From: Minisyncoccota bacterium
Lineage (GTDB): Bacteria; Patescibacteriota; Minisyncoccia; Moranbacterales; UBA2206
Assembly (NCBI GenBank): GCA_031291955.1
Contig: JARLIA010000013.1
Location: forward strand, 21,512 to 85,511
Length of the DNA stretch: 64,000 bases
Direction of reading: 5' to 3'
The notes beneath the pieces were generated by a model that was given only the letters and a program-made list of their open reading frames with translations, was not told the origin of the DNA and searched no databases. Position numbers and translations under genes: made by a program. Below, piece after piece: positions 20,396 through 30,351 of this stretch. Position 1 is the first letter of the stretch. The number at the start of each line of letters is the position of its first letter.

Positions 20396-21766
20396 ATGTA
20401 CGAAAATCAAAACAGAACAACCGAGCAAGCCCTGTCTTATCCGATGATCCGGTTCTATCCGGCCAAGTCCCGTTTTGATTGGCGCGGTTTGTTTTATAAG
20501 TCCGGCATTGTTGTCTCCGGCGCGCTTTTGCTTTTTCTGATTATCCTTCTTAAATCCAAAACCACCAGCGACTTTGACCTTGAGCCGTTTCTTTTTTCTT
20601 ACGCGATCATCGTGACTACCTTTGAACTTTCCCGGGTGATTTCCGCCATGCTGTACGAAAAATCTTTCGAAAGTCTGACCCAGGAATTTCGGGACACTCC
20701 GGGCGGCGAGCCATATGAGCCGAAAATCGCTTTTGTCATTCCCTGCATGAACGAAGAGCGGGACATCGCCGACGCCATCATCCAATGCCACCAGCTGGAT
20801 TATCCGCGGGAAAAGATGGAAGTGATCGTGGTGAATGATGGAAGCACCGACCGGACGCAGCTGGTTTTGGAAGAACTCAAAAAATTCTATCCCGGGATAA
20901 AAATAATCAGCTGGGAAAACCAAGGCAAACGCTGGGGGATGGCGGCCGGTTTCAAAGTCTCTGACGCGGAAATAATTATCCAGTTGGATTCGGATTCCCA
21001 TGTCGACCCGAAAACTTTCCGGAATCTTTTGGATCCTTTCCGAAACCCCCAGGTTGGGGCGGTCTGCGCCCACGGCGAGCCGCGGAATGCCGACGAAAAT
21101 TTCGTGACCCGGATGCAGACAGCCTACTATTTCATGTCTTTCCGGATTTTGAAAGCAGCTGAGTCGACCTATGACGCCGTCTTTTGTTGTAGCGGCTGTT
21201 GTTCTGCCTACCGCAAGTCGGCCGTGATGCCGGTCATCTACCACTGGCTCGCGGAAACATTCTTAGGAAAACCCGTTACTTGGGGAGACGACCGGGCGCT
21301 CACTAGCTGGCTAATCAGGACCGACTGGAAGACTGTCTATGCCAAGGACGCCCTGGCCTACACGGTCGTGCCGGACACTTTCAAAAAACTGATGAAGCAG
21401 CAGTTGCGTTGGAAAAAATCTTGGATCGTCAATTTCTTCCTGACCGGAAAATTCATCTGGAAGAAGCAGCCTTTTGTTTCCTCTTTCTACTATTTCCCCT
21501 TGATATTTATCTCATTGATGACGCCGGTCATGACGTTTGACGCGCTCTTCTGGCAGCCGTTCGTAAAAGGTGTTTTTCCGATCTATCACATCCTTGGAAT
21601 CTTGATGCTGACGGGAATCATCGCGCTCTATTACCGCTATGTAGATCGGAAGAATAAATACTGGATATATCTTTTCCCTTGGGCGCTGGTCAATCTGTTT
21701 GTTCTTTCTTTCGTTCTGGTTTATGCGGCTTTCAAGATCCAAGACCGGGGCTGGGGGACGAGATAA
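20396..21766 (+). CDS. Processive GT2 synthase of the hyaluronan synthase / NodC / PgaC-IcaA group
   Basis: NDGSTD, GKR, DSD, CCSGCCSAYR, GDDRALT and QQLRW motifs; N- and C-terminal TMs. Confidence 0.88.
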   Translation: MYENQNRTTEQALSYPMIRFYPAKSRFDWRGLFYKSGIVVSGALLLFLIILLKSKTTSDFDLEPFLFSYAIIVTTFELSRVISAMLYEKSFESLTQEFRDTPGGEPYEPKIAFVIPCMNEERDIADAIIQCHQLDYPREKMEVIVVNDGSTDRTQLVLEELKKFYPGIKIISWENQGKRWGMAAGFKVSDAEIIIQLDSDSHVDPKTFRNLLDPFRNPQVGAVCAHGEPRNADENFVTRMQTAYYFMSFRILKAAESTYDAVFCCSGCCSAYRKSAVMPVIYHWLAETFLGKPVTWGDDRALTSWLIRTDWKTVYAKDALAYTVVPDTFKKLMKQQLRWKKSWIVNFFLTGKFIWKKQPFVSSFYYFPLIFISLMTPVMTFDALFWQPFVKGVFPIYHILGILMLTGIIALYYRYVDRKNKYWIYLFPWALVNLFVLSFVLVYAAFKIQDRGWGTR

Positions 21767-21805
21767 AAAAGTCGAAAGTCCGTAAAGTTTATAAAGTCAA
21801 AAGTT

Positions 21806-23368
21806 ATGGAGCAGCACAATTTCAATGTTAAAATGACAAAGATTTTGATGGTCGTCCTGGTGTTTGCGGTGGTGATGAGCATGATCGGCGGGATGAATAT
21901 TCTCAAAAACAATTATTATTTCAATTGGCGCTTTTTGGATTGGAGCCGGAACTGTGTCCAGGCCGAAATTGCCTGGTACCGTTCTGGTGGAAATGTTCCG
22001 GTTGTTCCGGATACCAACAAAGCCGATCTGATTCCCATCTTGGTTTACCATGGTGTGATTTCGGATCCCAAATGGCGGCCAGACGGAGTCAATGTCAGCA
22101 CCCAGGAATTCACGGAGCAGATGTTCGCTTTGAAGCGGGCTGGCTGGCGGACCATCACGATGGAGGATTATCTGGCCTATATCGCGGGACAAAAACAAGT
22201 GCCGGAAAAATCGTTTTTGTTGACTTTTGACGACGGCCGGAAAGACAGTTATTACAATGGCGATCCGGTTATTCGAACAGTCGGCTATAACGCGGTGATG
22301 TTCGTCATCACCGGGCGCTCTTTGGGACCGGGCAATGAAACGCAACCCTTCCATCTTTCCCAGATAGAACTGCAAAAAATGGCGGACAGCGGGCGCTGGG
22401 AGATGGGTTCGCACACCCAAAACGGCCACGGAACCATCCCGATCGACGCGGCCGGCGACCAAGGGCATTTTTTGAGCAACCTGATGTGGATTTCCGACCA
22501 GCATCGTTTGGAAACGGTGGATGAATATAAAGAAAGGGTGACAGCTGACCTCACTGGCGCTCGGAATGACATTGAAACGAAGTTGGGCGTGGCCTCGCCG
22601 TCTTTTGCCTACCCTTACGGCGATCTGGGCCAGGGCTCGAGCAATTTTCCTCAGGGGCAGGTGATTTTGACCGAGATCGTCAAATCCATCTATTCAGCCG
22701 CTTTTATCCAGGTTGGCAACAATGATTTCATCACTAATACAGCAGATGATTCTTTCTTATCCAAACGGATCGGAATCGATTCGTCGGTCTTGCCCGGCCA
22801 ATTGGTCACCATGCTGGACAACGCCCGTTTCAAACCCTTGGATTACGCCGATAACTTCACTTCAGACAAAGGATGGCTGCGGGGCTGGGGCGGCCTTACG
22901 ATTGATGGCGGACAGATGCTAATCAGCACTACACAAGAAGACGACAGTGCTTCGACTTTTTTGAGCGGATCGTCTTTGTGGAAAAATTATATTTTCTCGG
23001 CCCGGATTAATGTGCTGAAAGGAGATTCGTTCGAGCTGGTCGCCTATAAAGACGAGAACAATTATGCCACTTGTGATTTTTCGGGGGATTGGGCGGCTTT
23101 GACCCAGGCGGCGGGCGGCGGCAGCGGACATGATCAGGAAATCGCAACCACTACGCTCAAAAACGCGATCGCGCCCGGCGCTGTCTTGGACGCGGCTCTC
23201 AAAGTGGAGGGAAACACGGCTACCTGCTATCTCAACGGGAATCAGATTTTTTCCGGCAACATCAGTGGCACTCTTGATCGACGGGGAATCGGTTTCAAGA
23301 CTTGGGACTCGCTTGGGACGGGCAGTGAATTTTCGGTGACAAATCTTAAAGTCAGCCAGGTTTTTTAA
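21806..23368 (+). CDS. PgaB/IcaB-like polysaccharide deacetylase with C-terminal beta-sandwich (lectin-like) domain
   Basis: PILVYH, LTFDDG, SHT..GH and FAYPYG CE4 motifs; N-terminal TM. Confidence 0.88.
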   Translation: MEQHNFNVKMTKILMVVLVFAVVMSMIGGMNILKNNYYFNWRFLDWSRNCVQAEIAWYRSGGNVPVVPDTNKADLIPILVYHGVISDPKWRPDGVNVSTQEFTEQMFALKRAGWRTITMEDYLAYIAGQKQVPEKSFLLTFDDGRKDSYYNGDPVIRTVGYNAVMFVITGRSLGPGNETQPFHLSQIELQKMADSGRWEMGSHTQNGHGTIPIDAAGDQGHFLSNLMWISDQHRLETVDEYKERVTADLTGARNDIETKLGVASPSFAYPYGDLGQGSSNFPQGQVILTEIVKSIYSAAFIQVGNNDFITNTADDSFLSKRIGIDSSVLPGQLVTMLDNARFKPLDYADNFTSDKGWLRGWGGLTIDGGQMLISTTQEDDSASTFLSGSSLWKNYIFSARINVLKGDSFELVAYKDENNYATCDFSGDWAALTQAAGGGSGHDQEIATTTLKNAIAPGAVLDAALKVEGNTATCYLNGNQIFSGNISGTLDRRGIGFKTWDSLGTGSEFSVTNLKVSQVF

Positions 23369-23409
23369 AAGGTGGTATAATCAAAGCAATCTTTCGGCAG
23401 TTTAAATTT

Positions 23410-24273
23410 ATGTTTTCTAAAAAAAGCGTTTCCCATTTTTCCCCCGGATATAGATTGATTCTTTTCGGAATCGGATTTTTGGTTTTGTTGGCAATTTTGG
23501 TGGGGATGGCCGAATATTATCTTCAAAAAACCGAAGTTTCAGTTCCGCCGGCCGGCACTCCTCTTCAAGAAACGGGAAAAATGAGCGCGAGCAAGAATGA
23601 TTTTTGGTGGCTCAATTCCGGCGGAGTCGTGTATATTGATGGAAACGTCATTTCGACCATCCAGGGAAACCTGGCTAAGGGTTCGAAGTGGCAAAAGACC
23701 TACGCCAAAAGCAATCCGCGCGACACCGAAAACGGTTACCAGCCGCAGAATATATTGCGCTTGGTTACTCGCCAAAAATTTCAGAACGAGACTCAGCGTT
23801 TATATTTCAAGATAAATAAACTTAATTTTAGCGCCAGTAAATTTCGCAACGAATCGAACGGCGTTTTGCTTTTTAACCGTTACCAGAATGGCAACAATCT
23901 CTATTATACCGGTTTGCGGGTAGACGGAGACGCGGTCATCAAAAAGAAGATCAATGGGACATATTATACGATGAAGGAAAAAAACCTCTGGACAAATGGC
24001 AGGCGATATGATAGAACAAATAATCCCGACGTTCTGCCGCTCGATGCCTGGATTGGCATCAAAAGTGAGGTGAGAAATGCGGCGGACGGTTCGGTGGATA
24101 TAAAGTTCTATGTCGACAAGGACAATAATGGTCAGTGGCAGCTGGTTTTGGAGGCGACTGATAATGGGAACAAATATGGCGGCGCGGCGATTGCAAACAC
24201 CGGCTACGGCGGGATCCGGTCGGATTTCATGGATGTTGAGTTTTGGGATTATGGGATTTCCGAATTGAAATAA
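23410..24273 (+). CDS. Membrane-anchored beta-rich protein (concanavalin/lectin-like fold suspected)
   Basis: N-terminal TM; beta-strand and aromatic-rich; ends GGIRSDFMDVEF. Confidence 0.55.
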   Translation: MFSKKSVSHFSPGYRLILFGIGFLVLLAILVGMAEYYLQKTEVSVPPAGTPLQETGKMSASKNDFWWLNSGGVVYIDGNVISTIQGNLAKGSKWQKTYAKSNPRDTENGYQPQNILRLVTRQKFQNETQRLYFKINKLNFSASKFRNESNGVLLFNRYQNGNNLYYTGLRVDGDAVIKKKINGTYYTMKEKNLWTNGRRYDRTNNPDVLPLDAWIGIKSEVRNAADGSVDIKFYVDKDNNGQWQLVLEATDNGNKYGGAAIANTGYGGIRSDFMDVEFWDYGISELK

Positions 24274-24370
24274 TTTTTTATGATTTTGTAATTTAGCGCG
24301 GTCTTTTATTTTTACTGTGCTAATGGCGAAATTATGTAGTTATTTTCAAAAAAAATCACAAGGAGGCATC

Positions 24371-25210
24371 ATGAAGAGAATTTCCGTACGCATGTTACTG
24401 GTAATGGTTGCCTGTGGTCTTGCTTTTACGACCGTGGCATTTGCAGCTCGGTTGCCAAAAGGCATTGTTGTTTTTACAAATGACGATCTTCAGACGGGTT
24501 CGCTGCCGGTCGCCGGGGTGTTTGCAGGGTATCACTTTGCGGTTACCGGATTTCCGATTATAGATCAGATTGGAACATCCGGTTTTGTCACACTAAAGCA
24601 AATGAAAAATTTGCAGAAGCAGGGGTGGGATTTTCAGGTCCACGCCTATAGTGACCAGGTTCATGCTTCGGGGTATTCCCGAATAAGCGACTGGGATATT
24701 TCAAGCGATATCCATTCGGCAATCGTGACCCTTCAGCATTGGGGATTCGGCCGGGCAACCGCCCTAGCTCCTCCCTTGGGCGATTACGGTCTGGGAGAGG
24801 GAAATATCGATACTGACCGTCTCGCTTCGATCCTTCGGGAAGATGGCATCATGATATGTCGCCAGGCCTATCCTGACGGGCAGGACATTGAAGACAGCAT
24901 CAACCGGATTAAAACTTTTGACCCGCTGAAGGTAAAGGTTTTCAGTGTAAAACAATCTACCGTCGGAGTTAATCCCGGCAGTGTTCCGGACCGATTTTAC
25001 GACCTGATCTGGTCCGCAGAAAACGAAGGCACTCTGATTGTCATTGCAACTCACGGTTCGGCGAATCATCCGGATCTAAGCGACGATTATACCGTGTCAA
25101 ATGCGGTGCTAAACAGCATCGCCAATTACGTATACAGGTCTGTAAAGGCTGGGAAAATAAGGGTGCTGCCTTTGACAAAAGCGGTATCGTTGTTTATGTC
25201 AGGCAAATAA
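24371..25210 (+). CDS. Secreted divergent polysaccharide deacetylase (NodB-like)
   Basis: AGGAGG RBS; signal peptide AFA-A; FTNDD, GWDFQVH, APPLG and THG motifs. Confidence 0.65.
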   Translation: MKRISVRMLLVMVACGLAFTTVAFAARLPKGIVVFTNDDLQTGSLPVAGVFAGYHFAVTGFPIIDQIGTSGFVTLKQMKNLQKQGWDFQVHAYSDQVHASGYSRISDWDISSDIHSAIVTLQHWGFGRATALAPPLGDYGLGEGNIDTDRLASILREDGIMICRQAYPDGQDIEDSINRIKTFDPLKVKVFSVKQSTVGVNPGSVPDRFYDLIWSAENEGTLIVIATHGSANHPDLSDDYTVSNAVLNSIANYVYRSVKAGKIRVLPLTKAVSLFMSGK

Positions 25211-25217
25211 CCTAGTC

Positions 25218-25258
25218 AGGCGGAGCGGTGAGATATTTTTCTCTTGCCGCTCCAAAAA
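25218..25258 (+). terminator. Hairpin downstream of the deacetylase gene
   Basis: GGAGCGG.GAGA...TCTC..CCGCTCC stem-loop. Confidence 0.45.
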
Positions 25259-25305
25259 ATATTCCGAGTCTTAAATGACTCTTTTTTTATTTCCAGCCGT
25301 CGCCC

Positions 25306-25333
25306 TTGACATTTTCTTGGTCCGTGCTAAACT
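25306..25333 (+). promoter_or_regulatory. Sigma70-type promoter
   Basis: TTGACA, 16-bp spacer, TAAACT preceded by TGC. Confidence 0.55.
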
Positions 25334-25362
25334 ATCCAGTCAATAATTTTTTTTAGAAATAT

Positions 25363-26355
25363 ATGAAAGATATATTCAAATCAAAAGCGTTCTGGCTGAT
25401 GTTTTTGATCGCTGCCGCGGTTATATTTATCGCGCTTCTCAATCTTAACTGGACTTATAAATCGCAAACTGACGTCTTGATTATTCCGCGGAGCGCGACG
25501 GCCGTTCAAAATTCCGACCAGATTTTGGATAATCTGGCTACTTTGCCGTCATCGCTATCGTTTTATGACAAGATGACTGCTGATGATCCGGCGGTCATTG
25601 AGGCCGGAACCAAATCTTTGCCGGAGGCCAAGAAAAAAGCTTATTGGGATTCGAAGATAAATGTTGAGCGTCTGCCCGGAAGCGGCGTTTTAGAAGTTAC
25701 GGCGACTGATGACAGTATGTCCCAGGCGGAAATTTTCAGCGGGCAAGCGGCCAAAGAGTTGATTGCAACCGCCGGATTCTATTATAATATCCAGACTGAT
25801 ATCGATGTCCGCATAATCGACGGGCCGATCACCCGCGAGGCAGGTGTCAACCCGGAGTATGTCATATTTTTCGAAAGCCTGGCAGGCAGTTTTCTGTTGG
25901 TGACTTTCGCCTTTTTCATATCCTTTTTCCTATTTGGAGAAAAAGAGAATTTTGCTTTCCCGCGGCCGGTGCGCTGGACGTTTACTGGCGAAAAAACTTT
26001 TTCTCCTTTACGAAAAGAAGAAGGCGGAGTAAAATTAGAGCCCGCTTTGAAAAATCAACCGAAAAGCGCTCAGGAAGAAAAAGCAGTACCGGTCGAGAAA
26101 GAAGCTTATTCTGTCGTCACCAAAAAAGCAGCCGCGCCGGCCAATCTGCCGATTGCCGAAGACGTTCCGGTTTTTTCCGTTCCTGCGAGCAAAGATAACA
26201 AGCCCGTTGTCGCTTCGGAGAAAAAAGGGGGAGGAGTTTTGCCGGAAGAAAAAAAAGAAACCGCTGAGCCGGAAAAGAAAGAGCCGATCATCAGGGAAGC
26301 CACGCCGGAAGAAGTGAAAGAGAGATTGAACAAGCTTTTGTCTGGGAAGTTATAG
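25363..26355 (+). CDS. Wzz/CapA-like two-TM protein with low-complexity C-terminus
   Basis: TM-YKSQTDVLII...VRIIDGP-TM layout typical of polysaccharide co-polymerases. Confidence 0.55.
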   Translation: MKDIFKSKAFWLMFLIAAAVIFIALLNLNWTYKSQTDVLIIPRSATAVQNSDQILDNLATLPSSLSFYDKMTADDPAVIEAGTKSLPEAKKKAYWDSKINVERLPGSGVLEVTATDDSMSQAEIFSGQAAKELIATAGFYYNIQTDIDVRIIDGPITREAGVNPEYVIFFESLAGSFLLVTFAFFISFFLFGEKENFAFPRPVRWTFTGEKTFSPLRKEEGGVKLEPALKNQPKSAQEEKAVPVEKEAYSVVTKKAAAPANLPIAEDVPVFSVPASKDNKPVVASEKKGGGVLPEEKKETAEPEKKEPIIREATPEEVKERLNKLLSGKL

Positions 26356-26397
26356 CTTTTAAGTTCCGCTCCGCTTTGTGGGGCGGAATAAAGAACA

Positions 26398-27765
26398 ATG
26401 TCCAAACCGCGTTCGAAAAAATTCTGGATTATATTTTGGTCCGCATCAGCCGTATTTTTGGCTGTTTTTTATTTTTCCCTCCAATTCAAAAACAATCCGG
26501 CCGGAACGATCGGCGCGGCCATTGATTATGTTCCTTGGCTCTCTGACAAAGCGGAATATAAATCGATTGCTTATTTTGGAAATTATCTTCTCAAGTCTGA
26601 CAATCGGGAGAAAACTTTCCTGATTCTTTTTCAAAACAATATGGAATTGCGTCCGGGTGGCGGCTACATCGGTACGTTTGGAATCTTGAAAATTAAAAAT
26701 GGAAAAATAATCCAACTGCAAACCAACGACCTTTCCAACTTTGACGGAAGGGAGCCCAATACTGTCACGCCGCCATATCCGATGGAAGAGGCTTTGGGAA
26801 TTAAGTCCTGGAAAATGCGCGATTCGAACTGGTCGCCGGATTTTGCGACCAATGCCAAAAAAGCCGAATATTTTTATTATCTCGGCCAGGGGCAGGAAAA
26901 ATTCGATGGTGTCGTAGCGATCAATACAAATGTCCTAGCTTCGTTTTTGAAAGTGACCGGGCCGGTCCAGCTGGATGGCTATCCGGGGACCTATGACAGC
27001 GAAAACGCCATTCTGACTTTGGAATATCAGGTGGAAAAAGGTTATGCCCAGCAAGGCATTGCCAAGGGAGAGCGCAAGACGGTTATGAATGCTCTGGCGG
27101 ACGCTATCATGAAAAAAGTTTTCACGCTTAACGCTTCTCAAAAAATCGATCTGGCCAAAATAATTCTCGGCGATCTCAATCAAAAAGACATCCAGCTATA
27201 TTTTGCGGATTCGCAATTGGAAAAATCGGCCAGAGCGGCCAATTGGGCGGGAGCGGTTGATCAAAGTTGGAGCAAGGACTATCTCATGATGGTTGACGCT
27301 AATCTGAATTCCTTCAAAAGTGACTATTACATTCGCCGCAGTTTTGACTACACCGTCGATCTTTCGGGCGACACTCCCAAGGCCGATCTCAAAATCACTT
27401 ACGTTCACACGGCAAAACTCGCTGATTGGATGACCAGGGACTATCGGTCTTATTTGCGGATTTACGTGCCGCAAGGCTCTTGGCTGTCCGGTTCCCAGGG
27501 TCTTTCCGATATTCAATATGGAGACGAGCTGGGCAAGAAATATTTCGGCTCGATCGTTCAAATTCCCATCGGAGCGACCCGGACTTTCGAGTTGAGCTAT
27601 AATCTGCCGAAAAACATCAGCACCAGCGATTACAATCTTCTCATCCAGAAGGAATCTGGCGTGGAAAATGTGCCGGGGAAAATAACCGTAATCGGCAAGA
27701 ACGGCGCCAAGAATGTTTATAATCTTACGCTGACGGGGGATTGGACGCTCAACAAGTCGAATTAA
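26398..27765 (+). CDS. DUF4012 domain protein
   Basis: LFQNNMELRPGGGYIG, RDSNWSPDF and YLRIYVP motifs. Confidence 0.88.
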   Translation: MSKPRSKKFWIIFWSASAVFLAVFYFSLQFKNNPAGTIGAAIDYVPWLSDKAEYKSIAYFGNYLLKSDNREKTFLILFQNNMELRPGGGYIGTFGILKIKNGKIIQLQTNDLSNFDGREPNTVTPPYPMEEALGIKSWKMRDSNWSPDFATNAKKAEYFYYLGQGQEKFDGVVAINTNVLASFLKVTGPVQLDGYPGTYDSENAILTLEYQVEKGYAQQGIAKGERKTVMNALADAIMKKVFTLNASQKIDLAKIILGDLNQKDIQLYFADSQLEKSARAANWAGAVDQSWSKDYLMMVDANLNSFKSDYYIRRSFDYTVDLSGDTPKADLKITYVHTAKLADWMTRDYRSYLRIYVPQGSWLSGSQGLSDIQYGDELGKKYFGSIVQIPIGATRTFELSYNLPKNISTSDYNLLIQKESGVENVPGKITVIGKNGAKNVYNLTLTGDWTLNKSN

Positions 27766-27944
27766 AAAATCTTTTGCGTAGCATTGAATTATAAATTCTC
27801 CCGCATGTTGTAATACGGGAGAATTTTTTCGCGGCCTAATTCACTCCAATATAATGAAATAATGAAATATCATAGCATGCAAGAGAGGCGAATTGTCTGC
27901 TTTTGCTTTATCTTTAAAATCGTATTATCATTAAAAAAGAAAAT

Positions 27945-28490
27945 ATGGAGTTTATTGAAACAAAATTCAAGGATGCTTGGCTGATTGAGCCGAAAGTTTT
28001 TCAAGACGAGCGGGGATTTTTTCTGGAACCGTATTCGAAGCGAAAATTTTTGGAGGCTGAAATTGAAGCGGATTTTGTCCAGGATAACCATTCGCTTTCG
28101 ACCAAGACCGGCGTTTTGCGCGGGCTGCATTTCCAAAATCCGCCACATACCCAGGCTAAATTGGTAAGAGTAACAAAAGGCAAGGTTTACGATGTCATTG
28201 TTGATTTGCGGAAAAATTCGGAGACTTATGGGAAGTGGCAGGGTTTTAAACTGTCGAATGAGAATTTTCAGATGCTCTTCGTACCGCGCGGCTTTGCCCA
28301 CGGTTTTCTGACGCTGGAAGACAACACCGAGTTCGAATACAAGTGCGACAATTTCTATGAACCGAGCGCGGAGTCGGGAATAATCTGGAACGATCCTGAT
28401 TTGAATATCAACTGGCCGATCGAAAATCCGGTTCTTTCCGAAAAAGACGCTCAGTTGGGATTTTTAAAGAATTTAAAATCACCTTTTTAG
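27945..28490 (+). CDS. rfbC: dTDP-4-dehydrorhamnose 3,5-epimerase
   Basis: DERGFF, QDNHS, LRGLHFQ, GFAHGF, SEKD. Confidence 0.97.
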   Translation: MEFIETKFKDAWLIEPKVFQDERGFFLEPYSKRKFLEAEIEADFVQDNHSLSTKTGVLRGLHFQNPPHTQAKLVRVTKGKVYDVIVDLRKNSETYGKWQGFKLSNENFQMLFVPRGFAHGFLTLEDNTEFEYKCDNFYEPSAESGIIWNDPDLNINWPIENPVLSEKDAQLGFLKNLKSPF

Positions 28491-28492
28491 TT

Positions 28493-29506
28493 ATGAAAAT
28501 TTTAGTCACCGGCGGAGCCGGGTTTATCGGTTCCAATTTTATTCATTACATGTTCGAAAAATACTCGAATTACCAAATCGTGAATTTGGACAAATTAACC
28601 TACGCCGGCAATTTGGAAAATTTGAAGGACGTCGAAGAAAATCCGAATTATAAATTTGTGCGTGGCGATATCGCCGATCCGGAATTGGTGAATAATTTAA
28701 TCGAAGAAGAAAAACCGGACGCGATCGTCAATTTCGCGGCCGAGTCGCATGTGGATCGATCGATCCTGGAACCGGACGCTTTCATCAATACGAACGTTGT
28801 TGGTACGCACAATCTCTTGAAGGCGGCGTTCGGAAATGGCAAGATCCGTTTCCATCATGTTTCCACTGATGAAGTTTTTGGCTCACTCGGTCCGAATGAC
28901 CCGGCTTTTAATGAAAGTACTCCATATGATCCCCACAGTCCCTACAGCGCTTCCAAAGCCGCTTCTGACCATTTGGTGCGGGCCTATTTCCACACTTTCA
29001 ATTTGCCGGTCACTATTTCCAACTGTTCCAACAATTATGGTCCGTACATGTTTCCGGAGAAATTATTCCCACTGTTTATCACTAATTTAATCGAAGGCAA
29101 GAAAGTACCGCTTTACGGCGACGGCCGGAATGTCCGCGATTGGCTGCACGTTCGTGACCATTGCCGAGCCATTGCTTTGATCATTCACAAAGGAAAAATC
29201 GGCGAAACGTACTGCGTCGGCGGCGCTTGCGAAAAAACCAACAAAGAAATAACTTATAAAATTTTGGAGTTGATGGGGAAAGGCGAAGAGATGATTGAGA
29301 AAGTGGCCGACCGACTCGGACATGATCGGCGCTACGCCATTGATTTTAGAAAGATCAAAATTGAATTGGGCTGGGAACCGGAAACAATTTTCGAGGATGG
29401 TCTCAAGAATATGATCGAATGGTACAAAAACAACGAAATTTGGTGGCGGAAAATAAAATCGGGAGAATATCAGGAATATTACGAAAAAAATTACGCCCGG
29501 CGATAA
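28493..29506 (+). CDS. rfbB: dTDP-glucose 4,6-dehydratase
   Basis: GGAGFIG, AAESHVDRSI, STDEV, YSASK, GHDRRY. Confidence 0.97.
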   Translation: MKILVTGGAGFIGSNFIHYMFEKYSNYQIVNLDKLTYAGNLENLKDVEENPNYKFVRGDIADPELVNNLIEEEKPDAIVNFAAESHVDRSILEPDAFINTNVVGTHNLLKAAFGNGKIRFHHVSTDEVFGSLGPNDPAFNESTPYDPHSPYSASKAASDHLVRAYFHTFNLPVTISNCSNNYGPYMFPEKLFPLFITNLIEGKKVPLYGDGRNVRDWLHVRDHCRAIALIIHKGKIGETYCVGGACEKTNKEITYKILELMGKGEEMIEKVADRLGHDRRYAIDFRKIKIELGWEPETIFEDGLKNMIEWYKNNEIWWRKIKSGEYQEYYEKNYARR

Positions 29507-29523
29507 AATGTTAAATTAATTAT

Positions 29524-30339
29524 ATGACGACCAAATCAAAAATGAAGGGAATAATTTTGTCCGGCGGGACGGCGACGCGCCTTTTTCCGTTGACAGCAAC
29601 CACTTCCAAACAACTTCTTCCGGTTTATGACCGGCAGATGATTTTTTATCCATTGAACACTTTGATCAAGGCCGGGATAAAAGACATTCTGATCATCGTG
29701 GCGCCGGAGCACAGCGGGCAATATTTGAACCTTCTGGGATCTATTTTCAAAAATTGCGGCATCCATCTCTATTTTGAAGTGCAAAAATTGCCGCGCGGAC
29801 TGGCGGAAGCTTTCATTCTTGGCGAAAGCTTCATTGGCCACGACAATGTCGCGATGATTCTAGGAGACAATATTTTCGAAGACAATTTGGAAGATGAGAT
29901 TAAAAATTTTTCCGGCGGTGGAACGGTTTTTGCCAAAGCCGTCCCGGATCCGGAAAGATTTGGGGTAGTGGAAATCAACAATGATGGCAAAGCGGTTTCC
30001 ATTGAGGAAAAGCCGCAAAATCCTAAAAGTAATTTTGCCGTGACGGGTGCCTACATCTACGATCATCGGGTGGTGGAAATTGCCAAAAGCCTTGAACCTT
30101 CGGAAAGAGGCGAAGTGGAAATTACTGATGTCAATAACCGTTATTTGTCTATGGGCGAGCTGTCGGTCAAAAAAATTGACGGAGCGTGGCTCGACGCCGG
30201 GACTTTTGATTCGCTACTGGAAGCCAACCAAGTCGTCAAAGAAAAAGGCATCAGCCGGAATTTCGATCCGGCAGTGGAGAAGGCGATTGTTGACTTCAAC
30301 GAAGAACTCAAAATGTTGGCCAAAAAAAGATTGCTTTAA
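29524..30339 (+). CDS. rfbA: Glucose-1-phosphate thymidylyltransferase (start may be 29542)
   Basis: GIILSGG.ATRL.P, SKQLLPVYD, LGDN, EEKP, WLDAGT. Confidence 0.93.
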   Translation: MTTKSKMKGIILSGGTATRLFPLTATTSKQLLPVYDRQMIFYPLNTLIKAGIKDILIIVAPEHSGQYLNLLGSIFKNCGIHLYFEVQKLPRGLAEAFILGESFIGHDNVAMILGDNIFEDNLEDEIKNFSGGGTVFAKAVPDPERFGVVEINNDGKAVSIEEKPQNPKSNFAVTGAYIYDHRVVEIAKSLEPSERGEVEITDVNNRYLSMGELSVKKIDGAWLDAGTFDSLLEANQVVKEKGISRNFDPAVEKAIVDFNEELKMLAKKRLL

Positions 30340-30351
30340 ATTTATTTTCAA

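Noticed and set aside
20333-21244. Long antisense ORFs (also 45880-46668, 47425-48357, 51075-51977, 59508-60365)
   Set aside because: Shadow frames opposite well-supported genes, with no recognisable motifs
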